Source: Acidimicrobiaceae bacterium
GTDB lineage: Bacteria > Actinomycetota > Acidimicrobiia > Acidimicrobiales > Aldehydirespiratoraceae
DNA length: 64,000 nt
NCBI GenBank assembly: GCA_026710865.1
Contig: JAPOQG010000255.1
Coordinates: 484-64,483, forward strand
Direction: 5' to 3'
Part shown: positions 8,358 to 17,721 of the stretch, in pieces
Layout: the number at the start of each line of letters is the position of its first letter
Numbering within the stretch: position 1 is the stretch's first letter
Translations under genes and position numbers: made by a program
The notes under the pieces: generated by a model
What the model was told of the DNA's origin: nothing
The model's input: only the letters and a program-made list of their open reading frames with translations
Database searches by the model: none

Positions 8358-9068
8358 ATGACAGATGCAACCCTCGCACCGGTCGCCTACAGGGACGGCT
8401 CAGCCGCTGCCGCTGTGCGCGACTGGGTGGTCGCCTTGCCGGACTGGTCGCTTTTCGAGGCGAGCGATGTGCCCGGCCCGCGGCCGGTGGCAGCCAAGAC
8501 GCTCAGCCAGATGGCCGCCCGCGACCTGCGACTGGAGCGTGTCGCTCAAGGCATCTACATCAAGGTCAACAACCCCTGGCGCAAAGGCATTCTTGTCTAT
8601 GACCGAGGCCGGGTGGCCATGGCCATCGCGGGCCCGGGTTCCGGCTACGGGGGGCTGACCGCAGTCAACAAGGTGGGCTGGAACTGGCAGCCCACCGTTC
8701 GCCTGCGGATAGCGGCGGTGGGGCGGGCCCCTCGGGCGAACGTCAGGGCCTGTGAGTTCTCGTCGAGAGCCAACGAAGCCCGCCGGGAGCTGACATGGGC
8801 CGAGGTGACGGTGCTGGAGGCGCTGCGCTACTCGACCTTCGCTGAATGGGCCTGGGACGAATGCGTCGCGATCATCGCTGACGGCTCCGCGATGAGACGC
8901 CTCGGCCCGGACGCGCAGGTGCGCCGCGACGCTCTGCGCGAAGTCGGGGAGCGCGAACCGCGCGCCACTGACAGATTCCGGCGCCGGTTGCGCAGCCTCA
9001 CAGACTCCATGCCCGCCGCAGTCGCCAGCGGATGCCAGCGAAAGACCCATGCCCACACGAGGCCATAG
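8358..9068 (+). CDS. AbiEi-like/DUF6088-type antitoxin (copy 2)
   Basis: 236-aa ORF: LSQMAARDLRLERVAQGIYIKV and AMAIAGPGSGYGGLTAVNKVGWNWQPTV match the DUF6088/AbiEi pattern (LsrL...G.l.Rv.rGiY ; g..AlN.lGLstQvP). Overlaps the downstream AbiEii ORF. Confidence 0.6.
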   Translation: MTDATLAPVAYRDGSAAAAVRDWVVALPDWSLFEASDVPGPRPVAAKTLSQMAARDLRLERVAQGIYIKVNNPWRKGILVYDRGRVAMAIAGPGSGYGGLTAVNKVGWNWQPTVRLRIAAVGRAPRANVRACEFSSRANEARRELTWAEVTVLEALRYSTFAEWAWDECVAIIADGSAMRRLGPDAQVRRDALREVGEREPRATDRFRRRLRSLTDSMPAAVASGCQRKTHAHTRP

Positions 9069-10407
9069 GCGGCCCGGTTCGTCGGGCCTGGTGGGGCCGA
9101 TGACCGGCAGCCCTCACGGCGGATCAACCCCTGTCCCCAGCCCCTGGCCGGGCGTAGCCGACAGCGCAAGTGGACGCCTGTGCGACAACGTCGCAGACTT
9201 CGGGAGTGTGCTCAACGCAGCAACCTCGCGGTTCGTGGGCGATGAGAGCACCATCGTCCGCGACTATCACATGTGCCGCACACTGCGTGCGCTGTTCACC
9301 CAGCACCCGCCCGGCACGATGTTCGAGGATCGCTACAACGACCACAAGCACCGGTTCGTCTCGTCCCCGGTTGGTGAACTGCTCTTCACCGGCGGGTCGT
9401 CACTCACAAACGCCTATCAGCTGGCCGACCGCATCTCAGAGGACATCGACCTCTCCGTTGCGCTCACCACCGAGGTCGAAGCCAAGAACGCGCGCGGCCG
9501 GATCCGGCGGCTCGCTGTCACCGACGCCGCCAGGGCATGCTCGCCGGAACTGCCTGACGATGCCCACAACACCCGAACCACCGGCGGAGACGTAGGCCGG
9601 CGGGTCATCACCATGGGCGACGCCCACAACTATCTCGTCGCAGAGTCGAGCATCATCCGACCCTTCGACGAGGATCTGCAGGCCGAACTCGACGCCGCTT
9701 GCGGCCGGCCGTTCGTTGTCGCCCGGGTCGTGCCTTGCCAGTCGTTGATGGGACGTGCCGCCGATCCGACCGTGGTCGACACATACCCCGACCTCGCCGC
9801 CTTCGAGTTGACCGCGCTGTGCGTGCCGTTCACCGCCGCCAACAAGTTCCTGGCCTTGCATAAGCGCGCCATGGCAGAAGAACCAGACGACCACGCTCTC
9901 ATCGAGCTACAGAAACGCGGCCGCGACATCTACGACCTGTGGAGCATCGCTCAGTCGCCGGCACATGCCGCTGAGACTCGCGCCACGTTGCCGATCCTGG
10001 CTCGCCACATCCAGGCCAAGGGCGCCACCAAAGAGCCGCACCCCAGGCCCGACGCGGGGTTCTCCACCAGCCTGGCATTCCAGCCCGGCACCCCGCAGTA
10101 TCAGGCACTGGCAACCGGCTACGACGCCGTCGTCACCGACCTCGTGTGGGGCCGCAGACCGGCATCGTTCGACGACGCCGTGTCCACCATCAAGACACTC
10201 GATCAGCCGCCGGGCGCAGCGCCTCCACCGGGAGACGGTTCTACGGCCCGCAGCGCAGCCGAGGCCACTCGCGCCGACGGACGCGATGCGGGCAGCGCGC
10301 CGCTTCCAAACGAGGAAACGCGCCCAGTCCTGCACGGCAGGGCAAGCCTCAGAGCCGAACGCGGCCACGACCTCCCAAACCTGCACCACGACGCCGCTAC
10401 CCGCTAG
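9049..10407 (+). CDS. abiEii: AbiEii/AbiGii-family nucleotidyltransferase toxin (DUF1814) whose 3' end reads into a hicB 3' fragment
   Basis: STIVRDYHMCRTLRALF, LLFTGGSSLTNAY..RISEDIDLSV (GG..L + SEDID nucleotidyltransferase motif), RDIYDLW. Alternative start ATG 9100. The last ~30 codons (EETRPVLHGRASLRAERGHDLPNL) are the HicB C-terminus (compare EEMRSVLLGWASLRVERGHDLPVL at 6343-6407). Confidence 0.7.
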   Translation: MPTRGHRRPGSSGLVGPMTGSPHGGSTPVPSPWPGVADSASGRLCDNVADFGSVLNAATSRFVGDESTIVRDYHMCRTLRALFTQHPPGTMFEDRYNDHKHRFVSSPVGELLFTGGSSLTNAYQLADRISEDIDLSVALTTEVEAKNARGRIRRLAVTDAARACSPELPDDAHNTRTTGGDVGRRVITMGDAHNYLVAESSIIRPFDEDLQAELDAACGRPFVVARVVPCQSLMGRAADPTVVDTYPDLAAFELTALCVPFTAANKFLALHKRAMAEEPDDHALIELQKRGRDIYDLWSIAQSPAHAAETRATLPILARHIQAKGATKEPHPRPDAGFSTSLAFQPGTPQYQALATGYDAVVTDLVWGRRPASFDDAVSTIKTLDQPPGAAPPPGDGSTARSAAEATRADGRDAGSAPLPNEETRPVLHGRASLRAERGHDLPNLHHDAATR

Positions 10408-10409
10408 CG

Positions 10410-10490
10410 GTGGCAGCCCGGCTCACTCCGATCTCGCGTCGGCGGCTCATCAAGCGGCGCCGGCGGCTCGGATGGGATGGCCCACCCACC
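10410..10490 (+). pseudogene. hicA 5' fragment (GTG start retained, truncated after about 27 codons)
   Basis: Own translation VAARLTPISRRRLIKRRRRLGWDGPP.. aligns with hicA at 6972-7050. Similarity is lost before the aceA stop at 10533. Confidence 0.4.
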
Positions 10491-10532
10491 AGGAGTTCAC
10501 ACGTCCCGCGGGCGCGGTGTCGGAGCCGGGCG

Positions 10533-11837
10533 TCAGAACTGGGCCTGCTCGGTGCTGCCCTCCAGGGCCAGCGTCGACGCGGTGCCGCCGGAGATCACCG
10601 TGGCCACCTGGTCGAAGTACCCGGCGCCGACCTCGCGCTGGTGGCGGGTCGCGCTGTAGCCCAGCGCCTCCATCTCCATCTCGCGCTGCTGGAGCGCGAC
10701 ATAGGCGGTCATGTCGTGGCGGTGGTAGGCGTGGGCCAGCTCGAAGGCCGAGGCGTTGAGCGCGTGCCATCCGGCCAGCGTTATGAACTGGAACACGTAG
10801 CCCATGGCGCCCAGCTCCTTCTGGAACACCGCGATCTCGGCGTCGTCTAGGTGTGCCCGCCAGTTGAACGACGGCGAGCAGTTGTAGGCCAGCATCTTGT
10901 CCGGATACACCTCGTGGACCGCGTCCGCGAACGCCCTCGCCTCGTCGAGGTCGGGGGTGGCCGTCTCGCACCACAGCAGATCGCAGTAGGGCGCATAGGC
11001 GAGGCTGCGACCGATGGGCGCCTCGAGCCCGGGCTCGGTGACGAAGAACCCCTCGGCGGTCCGCTCCCCGGTGAGCCTGGCCCGGTCCCGCTCGTCCATG
11101 TCGCTGGTGACGAGGCCCGCGCTCAGGGCGTCGGTGCGGGCGATCACGATCGTCTCGGCGCCCATGACGTCAGCGGCCAGCCTGGCCGCCCTGAGCGTCG
11201 ACAGGTGCTGGGAGGTGGGAACCAGCACCTTGCCGCCCATGTGGCCGCATTTCTTGGCCGAGCTGAGCTGGTCCTCGAAGTGGACCCCGGCCGCGCCGGA
11301 CTCGATCATCGCCTTCATGAGCTCGTAGGCGTTGAGCGGCCCGCCGAAGCCCGCCTCGGCATCGGCCACGATGGGCAGCATGTAGTCGCGGCTGGGGTGT
11401 CCCTCGGTCTCGCTCCACTCGATCTGGTCGGCCCGGCGCAGGGCGTTGTTGAGCCGGGACACCACCGACGGCACCGAGTTGGCGGGGTACAGCGACTGGT
11501 CCGGGTACACCTGCCCGGCGAGATTGGCGTCGCCGGCCACCTGCCAGCCCGACAGGTACAGCGCGGGCAGATCCGCCTTGGCGAACTGGATGGCCTGGCC
11601 CCCGGTCATGGCTCCGAGGGCGTGCACGTAGTCCATGTCGTGCAGGCGCTGCCAGAGCTTCGACGCGCCGGAGCGCGCCAGCGTGCACTCCGGCATCACC
11701 GAGCCCCGCAGTCTCACCACGTCGGCTGCGGAGTAGTCGCGCTGCACGCCCTCCCAGCGCGGGTTGGTGGCCCAGTCCTGCTCGACGGCCTCGACCTGCG
11801 TCGCGAAGCTCGGACCGGCATTCGGGATGCTCGCCAT
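10533..11837 (-). CDS. aceA: Isocitrate lyase
   Basis: ORF 10533..12086(-). Conserved protein starts MASIPNAG (ATG 11837, GGAGG upstream), signature [16 protein letters not shown] present. The upstream 83 codons of the listed ORF are an arginine-rich extension and unlikely to be real. Confidence 0.9.
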   Translation of the reverse strand: MASIPNAGPSFATQVEAVEQDWATNPRWEGVQRDYSAADVVRLRGSVMPECTLARSGASKLWQRLHDMDYVHALGAMTGGQAIQFAKADLPALYLSGWQVAGDANLAGQVYPDQSLYPANSVPSVVSRLNNALRRADQIEWSETEGHPSRDYMLPIVADAEAGFGGPLNAYELMKAMIESGAAGVHFEDQLSSAKKCGHMGGKVLVPTSQHLSTLRAARLAADVMGAETIVIARTDALSAGLVTSDMDERDRARLTGERTAEGFFVTEPGLEAPIGRSLAYAPYCDLLWCETATPDLDEARAFADAVHEVYPDKMLAYNCSPSFNWRAHLDDAEIAVFQKELGAMGYVFQFITLAGWHALNASAFELAHAYHRHDMTAYVALQQREMEMEALGYSATRHQREVGAGYFDQVATVISGGTASTLALEGSTEQAQF

Positions 11838-11991
11838 CTCCTCGACCTCCTGCTGGAGCGGTGGCACCGGCCACCGCCGACGATGTCGTGGAACCAATCG
11901 TCGTCCCGCCCGACGATGATTGTCGACAGTCCTGCCATGCAGACAAGCCTCAAAGTTGTCGTCCTGGGCAAGATCTGCGATTCTTTCTCCC

Positions 11992-13455
11992 ATGACTGCC
12001 GAACCCGACCTGCTCGTGCTCGGCCGCCGCCTGCGCCACGCCCGGCGCAGCCAGGGCCTCACTCTCGCGGGCCTGGCCGAACGCACCGGCCGCCCGCCCG
12101 CCTACCTGTCCCGGCTGGAGAACGGGAGAGTGGAGCCCCGACTCGGCGTGCTGGGCGACCTCGCCGACGCTCTGGGGACCACGACCGCCGACCTGCTCAC
12201 CGACGCCCCGCCCGACCGCCGCGCCGAGCTGGAGCTGGCCCTGCTGAGGATCCAGGACGATCCGGCCTACCGGGAGCTGGGCCTGCCCGCCCTCAAGCCG
12301 TCGGCACGCCTCGGCGACGACGTCCTCGAGCACCTGGCAGCCCTCGGTCGGGCGGTCTGCGAGCGGGCGGGCAGACCCGCCGACGCCACCGAGAGCGCCC
12401 GGCGGGCCAACTCGGCGCTGCGCCACCAGATGCGCGACCGGAACAACTACTTCGCCGACATCGAGGCGATCGCCGCCGAGGGACTGTCGCTGGCCGGCTA
12501 CCCCGGCTCGGGCCCGGTCAGCGAGCGGGTCCTCACCGAGCTGGTGAGCAGCTACGGCTTCCGCATCCAGCGTGTGGCCGGGCTCCCCAGGACGGCCCGC
12601 TCGATCACCGACACCCGAGACAGGGTGATCTACATCGGCGACCAGGACGACGTGAAGGTCCGCCAGGCCCGATCGGTGGTCCTTCAGACCCTCGGCCACT
12701 TCGCCCTGGAGCACTCGGACACGGCGGACTTCGGCAACTACCTCCGCCAGAGGATCGAGTCGAACTACTTCTCCGCGGCGGTGCTGGCGCCCGAGGGACC
12801 CGCCGTGGACCTGCTGAGCGAGGCCAAGCGCCAGAGCGACATCAGCGTCGAGGACCTCAAGGAGACCTTCTACATCTCCTACGAGATGGCCGCGCACCGC
12901 TTCACCAACCTGGCCACCGTCCACCTCGGACTGCCGGTCCACTTCCTGCGGACCGACGCCGAGGGAGTGATCTCGAAGGCGTACGAGAACGACGGGCTGC
13001 CGTTCCCGGAGACCGCCGACGGCGGGCTCGAGGGGGAGCGCGTCCCCCGCCAATGGGGAGCCCGCCAGGCCTGGGGCGCGCAGGGCCACTTCCTGCTGCA
13101 CGAGCAGTACACCGTGCTCGATGAGGGGGAGTACTTCTGCCTCACCTACATCGAGACCGAGAACGACCGCTACCCGTGCGCGATCACGCTCGGCACGACC
13201 GCCGAGCACGCCCGGCACTTCCGCGGCTCGCAGACCCTGCGGCGCGAGCACGCCCGCTCCAAGGATGTCGAGCCGGACCCGCGGCTCGTGAGCGAGTGGG
13301 AGGGCGTGGCCTGGCCCTCGGCCGCGGAGCGCAGCCACGTGCTGTCGGCCCTGCCGCCCTCGCAGCGGTCCTTCCTGCCGTTCCCCGGGATCGACCTGCT
13401 CGACGTCTACCGATTCCTCGACCGCCAGAGGCGCCGCCGGCGACCGGCAGGCTAG
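11992..13455 (+). CDS. ramB: XRE-HTH + DUF2083 short-chain fatty acyl-CoA regulator family protein (RamB/PrpR-like)
   Basis: [39 protein letters not shown], then the ImmA-like/DUF2083 region ([13 protein letters not shown]). Divergent from aceA as in mycobacterial icl1-ramB. Start taken at ATG 11992. Confidence 0.75.
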   Translation: MTAEPDLLVLGRRLRHARRSQGLTLAGLAERTGRPPAYLSRLENGRVEPRLGVLGDLADALGTTTADLLTDAPPDRRAELELALLRIQDDPAYRELGLPALKPSARLGDDVLEHLAALGRAVCERAGRPADATESARRANSALRHQMRDRNNYFADIEAIAAEGLSLAGYPGSGPVSERVLTELVSSYGFRIQRVAGLPRTARSITDTRDRVIYIGDQDDVKVRQARSVVLQTLGHFALEHSDTADFGNYLRQRIESNYFSAAVLAPEGPAVDLLSEAKRQSDISVEDLKETFYISYEMAAHRFTNLATVHLGLPVHFLRTDAEGVISKAYENDGLPFPETADGGLEGERVPRQWGARQAWGAQGHFLLHEQYTVLDEGEYFCLTYIETENDRYPCAITLGTTAEHARHFRGSQTLRREHARSKDVEPDPRLVSEWEGVAWPSAAERSHVLSALPPSQRSFLPFPGIDLLDVYRFLDRQRRRRRPAG

Positions 13456-13547
13456 AGGCCGAGCGGGGCCCCGTCCCGGCCGGGCGCCGGGGCGCGATTG
13501 CTGTCGGGGCGACCCTCGTCGTGTAGCCTCCGGTGTAGACACCACGC

Positions 13548-14510
13548 ATGTCCGAGACCGCCGCCACCATCCGCGTCCCCGCCAACCACCTGCTCGGACC
13601 CTTGGTGGGCGAGCACGATGCGAACCTCAAGCAGTTGGAGAGCGCCTTCCCCGGCAGCCGCATCCATCTGCGGGGCAACGAGGTGAGCGTCCTCGGGGAC
13701 GAGGCCGAGACCGTCGCCCGGCTCTTCGAGGAGCTGATCCTGCTCCTCGAGCACGGCCAGCGCCTCGATGTGCGCACCATCGACCGCACGATCGACATGG
13801 TGCGCAGCAATGTCCGAGCCTCGGAGGTGCTCACCCATGACGTGCTGCGCACCGCCGGGGGCCGGATCGTGCGCCCCAAGTCGGCGGGACAGAAGCGCTA
13901 TGTGGACGTGATGGGCCAGAGCGTGATCACCTTCAGCATCGGGCCGGCCGGCACCGGCAAGAGCTGGCTGGCGGTGGCCATGGCGGTCAGGGCGCTCCAC
14001 AACGACGAGGTCAGCCGGATCATCCTCACCCGGCCCGCGGTGGAGGCGGGGGAGAGGCTCGGATTCCTGCCGGGGGACCTCATGGCCAAGGTCGACCCGT
14101 ACCTGCGTCCGCTGTACGACGCCCTGTACGACATGGTCGGCAGCGAGGGAATGGAGCGTCTGCTGGAGCGGGGCGCAGTGGAGGTGGCGCCGCTGGCCTT
14201 CATGCGGGGCCGGACGCTCAACTCGAGCTTCATCATCCTGGACGAGGCCCAGAACACCACGCCCGAGCAGATGAAGATGTTCCTGACCCGCATCGGCTTC
14301 GGCTCCCGGGCGGTCGTGACCGGCGACGTGACCCAGGTCGATGTCGACGGCGGGCGCAGCGGCCTCGTGGGCATAGAGAAGCTCCTCGGGAGCATCGAGG
14401 ACATCGGGTTCGTGCATCTCTCCAGCCGCGACGTGGTGCGCCACCGCATCGTCGCCGACATCGTGACCGCCTACGACAGGGCCGGGGCGACGCCGGGGGG
14501 ATCCGGCTAG
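13548..14510 (+). CDS. phoH: PhoH-like ATPase (YbeZ family)
   Basis: Walker A GPAGTGKSWLAV, ILDEAQN Walker B. Leads the ybeZ-ybeY-corC-era order. Confidence 0.9.
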   Translation: MSETAATIRVPANHLLGPLVGEHDANLKQLESAFPGSRIHLRGNEVSVLGDEAETVARLFEELILLLEHGQRLDVRTIDRTIDMVRSNVRASEVLTHDVLRTAGGRIVRPKSAGQKRYVDVMGQSVITFSIGPAGTGKSWLAVAMAVRALHNDEVSRIILTRPAVEAGERLGFLPGDLMAKVDPYLRPLYDALYDMVGSEGMERLLERGAVEVAPLAFMRGRTLNSSFIILDEAQNTTPEQMKMFLTRIGFGSRAVVTGDVTQVDVDGGRSGLVGIEKLLGSIEDIGFVHLSSRDVVRHRIVADIVTAYDRAGATPGGSG

Positions 14511-15020
14511 ATGGCCGCAGCCACCTCTGGCGCGGTGGTCAATGCCCTCGACGAGCGATCCCAGCGAGATCCGGAGCGCGACGGGCTCCTGGCCGAGCGG
14601 TGGGCCGGTCTGGCTGAGGCGGTGCTGCGGGACGAGGGTGTGGGACGGGGCGAGCTGGGCCTGCGCTTCGTGGATCCCGGAGCCATGTCCGAGCTCAACT
14701 CGAGCCACATGGGCTCGCCCGGGCCGACCGACGTTCTCGCCTTCCCCATAGACGGGGCGGGAGACGGGGCGGGCGGCTCGGTCCACGTCCCCGAGCAGGT
14801 CCCGCTGCTGGGAGACGTCGTGGTGTGCCCCGCCTATGCCGCCGAGCAGGCGCCGGACCACGCCGGCGGCGGCCACGACGGCAGCCTCGGCGACGAGCTG
14901 GCGCTGCTGGTCGTGCACGGGGTGCTGCACGTGCTGGGGTACGACCACCAATCCGACGCGGACGCGGCGGCCATGCAGGCCCGCGAGCGGCAGCTCCTGG
15001 CCGCGCACTACCGGCGGTGA
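14511..15020 (+). CDS. ybeY: rRNA maturation endoribonuclease YbeY
   Basis: Zinc motif HGVLHVLGYDH near the C-terminus. Length 169 aa. Confidence 0.9.
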   Translation: MAAATSGAVVNALDERSQRDPERDGLLAERWAGLAEAVLRDEGVGRGELGLRFVDPGAMSELNSSHMGSPGPTDVLAFPIDGAGDGAGGSVHVPEQVPLLGDVVVCPAYAAEQAPDHAGGGHDGSLGDELALLVVHGVLHVLGYDHQSDADAAAMQARERQLLAAHYRR

Positions 15021-15880
15021 GCGACCCGACGTCCGCCGCAGGGGCGCCGCGGCGCCACGGAGCGGCCGCGGCCCTGCGCCGGCGATTCCGCCTCCTGCCG
15101 GGCCGGGGCCGCGCCGACGCTCCGCCGGTCAGCGAGGACGAGCTGATCGCGCTGACGGACGCCGCCGCGGAGGCCGACACGATCGAGGACGCCGAGCGCG
15201 ACATGATCGCGTCCGCCCTGGCGCTCGACCGCACGGTCGTGCGGGAGGTCATGGCCCCCCGAGCCGACATGGTGACCGTGGACGCCGCCGCGACGGTGAC
15301 CGCCGCGCTGGAGGTGGCCATCTCCCGCGGGCTGAGCCGCCTCCCGGTGCGCCGCGACAACATCGACGACATCGTGGGGGTCGTGCTGTTGAAGGACCTG
15401 GCCCGCACCGAGCGCTCCGGTGGGGGCGAGGGCCCGGTGCACGAGTCGATGAGGCGGGCGATGTTCGTTCCCGAGACGAAGCGGGTGGATCAGCTGCTCA
15501 AGGAGATGCGCACCGCGGGCGGGCACCTGGCGATCGTGGTGGACGAGTACGGGGGCACAGCCGGGCTCGTCACCCTCGAGGACCTCGTCGAGGAGCTCGT
15601 CGGTGAGATCGTCGACGAGTTCGACCGGCCCGAGCCGCTGCTGGAGCCGCTGGCGGGCGGGGAGGCGCTGGTCCACGGCCGCATGCCGGTGGACCAGCTC
15701 AACGCGCTGGTCGGGGCAGCCCTCCCCGACGACGACTGGGACACGGTGGGCGGCCTGATATTCGGCACCCTGGGCCATGTGCCCGAGGTGGGCGAGACGG
15801 TGGAGGTCGACGGCCTGAAGCTCCAGGTCGAGCACATGCAGGGCCGCCGCATCACCCGGGTGCGGCTCACCCGCACATGA
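15017..15880 (+). CDS. CBS-pair + CorC_HlyC domain protein (CorC/YbeX-like, no DUF21 membrane domain)
   Basis: In-frame part of ORF 14825..15880. GTG 15017 overlaps the ybeY stop (GTGA). Tandem CBS region (VREVMAPRADMVTV.., IVGVVLLKDL) and C-terminal transporter-associated domain. Confidence 0.8.
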   Translation: MSDPTSAAGAPRRHGAAAALRRRFRLLPGRGRADAPPVSEDELIALTDAAAEADTIEDAERDMIASALALDRTVVREVMAPRADMVTVDAAATVTAALEVAISRGLSRLPVRRDNIDDIVGVVLLKDLARTERSGGGEGPVHESMRRAMFVPETKRVDQLLKEMRTAGGHLAIVVDEYGGTAGLVTLEDLVEELVGEIVDEFDRPEPLLEPLAGGEALVHGRMPVDQLNALVGAALPDDDWDTVGGLIFGTLGHVPEVGETVEVDGLKLQVEHMQGRRITRVRLTRT

Positions 15881-16761
15881 CGGCCCACCCGCACATGACG
15901 GCCCACGATCCCGCCTCCGGCTCGCATCGCTGCGGGTTCGTGGCCCTGGCGGGCCGACCCAACTCGGGCAAGTCGACGCTGGTGAACCGGATGATCGGGC
16001 AGAAGGTGTCGATCACCTCCAGCAGGCCTCAGACCACCCGGACGCCCGTGCGGGGCGTGCTGACCCGCCCCGGCGCCCAGATCGTGTTCGTGGACACGCC
16101 CGGCATCCACAAGCCCCAGACCGCCCACGGGCGCAGCCTGAACGCGGTTGCGTCGGAGGCGCTGCACGACGCCGACGTGGCGTGCCTTGTGATCGACGCG
16201 TCGGCCCCCTTCGGGCGGGGCGACGCGTTCATCGCCGGGTCGCTGCCTCCAGACTCTGTGGTGGTGGTCACCAAGTCCGACCTCGTCGGCCCCTCGGCGA
16301 TGCTCAAACAGCTCGCCGCGGCGGCTGAACTGGACTTCGAGGCCTATTTCCCGGTCAGCGGCCGCACCGGGGAGGGCGTCGACGCCCTCGTCGATCACCT
16401 GGTCGCGCGGCTGCCCGCGGGCCCGGCTCTGTACGAGCCCGGCACCGTGTCGGACCGCTCGGAGGCGTTCTGGGTGGCCGAGCTGGTGCGCGAGGAGCTC
16501 CTGAAGTCGACCCGCCAGGAACTGCCCCACTCGATCGCGACCCGGGTCACCGACTACGAGTGGCCGCTGATCCGTTGCGAGATACTGGTGGAACGCCAGT
16601 CCCAGAAGGCCATCGTCATCGGCAGGGGCGGATCGACGCTCAGGGCGGTGGGCACTGCGGTGCGCTCCCAACTTCCCGACGGGGCCTACTTGCAGCTCGC
16701 GGTGAGGGTGGACAAGAACTGGCAGCGCCGAGCGCAGGCCAGCCACTACGCCGCGCAGTAA
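15877..16761 (+). CDS. era: GTPase Era
   Basis: G1 GRPNSGKSTLVN, G3 DTPG, C-terminal KH domain region. ATGA overlap with the preceding gene. Confidence 0.9.
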   Translation: MTAHPHMTAHDPASGSHRCGFVALAGRPNSGKSTLVNRMIGQKVSITSSRPQTTRTPVRGVLTRPGAQIVFVDTPGIHKPQTAHGRSLNAVASEALHDADVACLVIDASAPFGRGDAFIAGSLPPDSVVVVTKSDLVGPSAMLKQLAAAAELDFEAYFPVSGRTGEGVDALVDHLVARLPAGPALYEPGTVSDRSEAFWVAELVREELLKSTRQELPHSIATRVTDYEWPLIRCEILVERQSQKAIVIGRGGSTLRAVGTAVRSQLPDGAYLQLAVRVDKNWQRRAQASHYAAQ

Positions 16762-16815
16762 GGGGCTGGGTTCCGCAATGGGTACCGCCTCGGCGGGCCA
16801 GGCGGTAGGTTCACA

Positions 16816-17577
16816 ATGGTGATCACTGCCGAGCTGGATCTGGACCGCGTCCCCGCGCACATCGCGTGCGTGATGGACGGCAACGGCCGCTGGGCCCAGT
16901 CCAGGGGCCTGCCCCGCACCGAGGGCCACCGGGCCGGCGAGGAGGCCCTGTTCGACGTGGTCGAGGGCGCTCTGGACATCGGCGTGGAGTGGCTGACCGT
17001 GTACGCGTTCAGCACCGAGAACTGGCGCCGTCCCGCCGCTGAGGTGCGCTTCCTGATCGAGTTCAACGAGGACATCCTGCTGCGCCGGCGCGACGAACTG
17101 CACGAGCGGGGCGTGAGGATCCGGTTCGTGGGCCGCCGCGACCGCCGGGTGCCCAAGCGCCTGCTCGACCTGATGGACGACACCACCGAGCTGACCGAGC
17201 ACAACAGCCGCATGACCTTCACCATCGCCTTCAACTACGGGGGCCGGGCCGAGATCGTGGACGCAGTCCGGGCGGTCGTCGACGCGGGGATCTCGGCCGA
17301 CCGGATCACCGAGCGCACCATCGCCCGCCGGCTGTACGACCCCGAGATGCCGGAGCCGGACCTGATGATCCGCACGTCCGGGGAGTTCCGCACCTCCAAC
17401 TTCCTGCTGTGGGAGCTGGCCTACAGCGAGCTGTACTTCACCGACACCGCCTGGCCCGACTTCCGGCGGGGCGACCTCTTCGAGGCGATCAGGGCCTACC
17501 AGGAGCGCGAGCGGAGATTCGGCCGAGTGTCGCCCAACGGAGCCTCCAAGGCGAGCACCACCAACGGCGACGGCTGA
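16816..17577 (+). CDS. uppS: Isoprenyl (undecaprenyl/decaprenyl) diphosphate synthase, cis-prenyltransferase
   Basis: HIACVMDGNGRWA, YAFSTENWRRP, RTSGEFRTSNFLLWE motifs. Confidence 0.9.
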   Translation: MVITAELDLDRVPAHIACVMDGNGRWAQSRGLPRTEGHRAGEEALFDVVEGALDIGVEWLTVYAFSTENWRRPAAEVRFLIEFNEDILLRRRDELHERGVRIRFVGRRDRRVPKRLLDLMDDTTELTEHNSRMTFTIAFNYGGRAEIVDAVRAVVDAGISADRITERTIARRLYDPEMPEPDLMIRTSGEFRTSNFLLWELAYSELYFTDTAWPDFRRGDLFEAIRAYQERERRFGRVSPNGASKASTTNGDG

Positions 17578-17611
17578 GAGCGGCCGCGAATAGGTGAGGA
17601 CCTGTCACGTG

Positions 17612-17716
17612 GAAGCGGTGTCATTCCCGCTCTTGTTCGCTTCGCTCACGGGCCGCTCGGGCCACGGCCTCGCGCCGCATGTACCGCGAGGTCCCGCCTG
17701 TTCGCTCGGCCTCTGA
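17612..17716 (-). repeat. REP/MIRU-like intergenic element, copy B (between uppS and recO)
   Basis: gaagcg..ttcccgctcttgttcgcttcgctcacgggccgctcgggccacggcctcgc..cgctcggcctctga. Same ends and core as copy A. Ends 5 nt before the recO ATG. Confidence 0.6.
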
Positions 17717-17721
17717 CTCCC

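Noticed and set aside
11838-12086. N-terminal extensions of listed ORFs (aceA to 12086, amidohydrolase to 2207, dioxygenase to 38311, HpcH aldolase to 42014, methylase to 28548)
   Set aside because: The extensions are Arg/Pro-rich, overlap neighbouring genes and precede internal starts that have Shine-Dalgarno sequences or stop/start overlaps and coincide with the conserved protein N-termini.
13453-13547. Fourth copy of the REP-like element after ramB
   Set aside because: Only the first 14 nt (tagaggccgagcgg) match, and the conserved 50-nt core is absent. Noted under the REP finding but not called as a copy.
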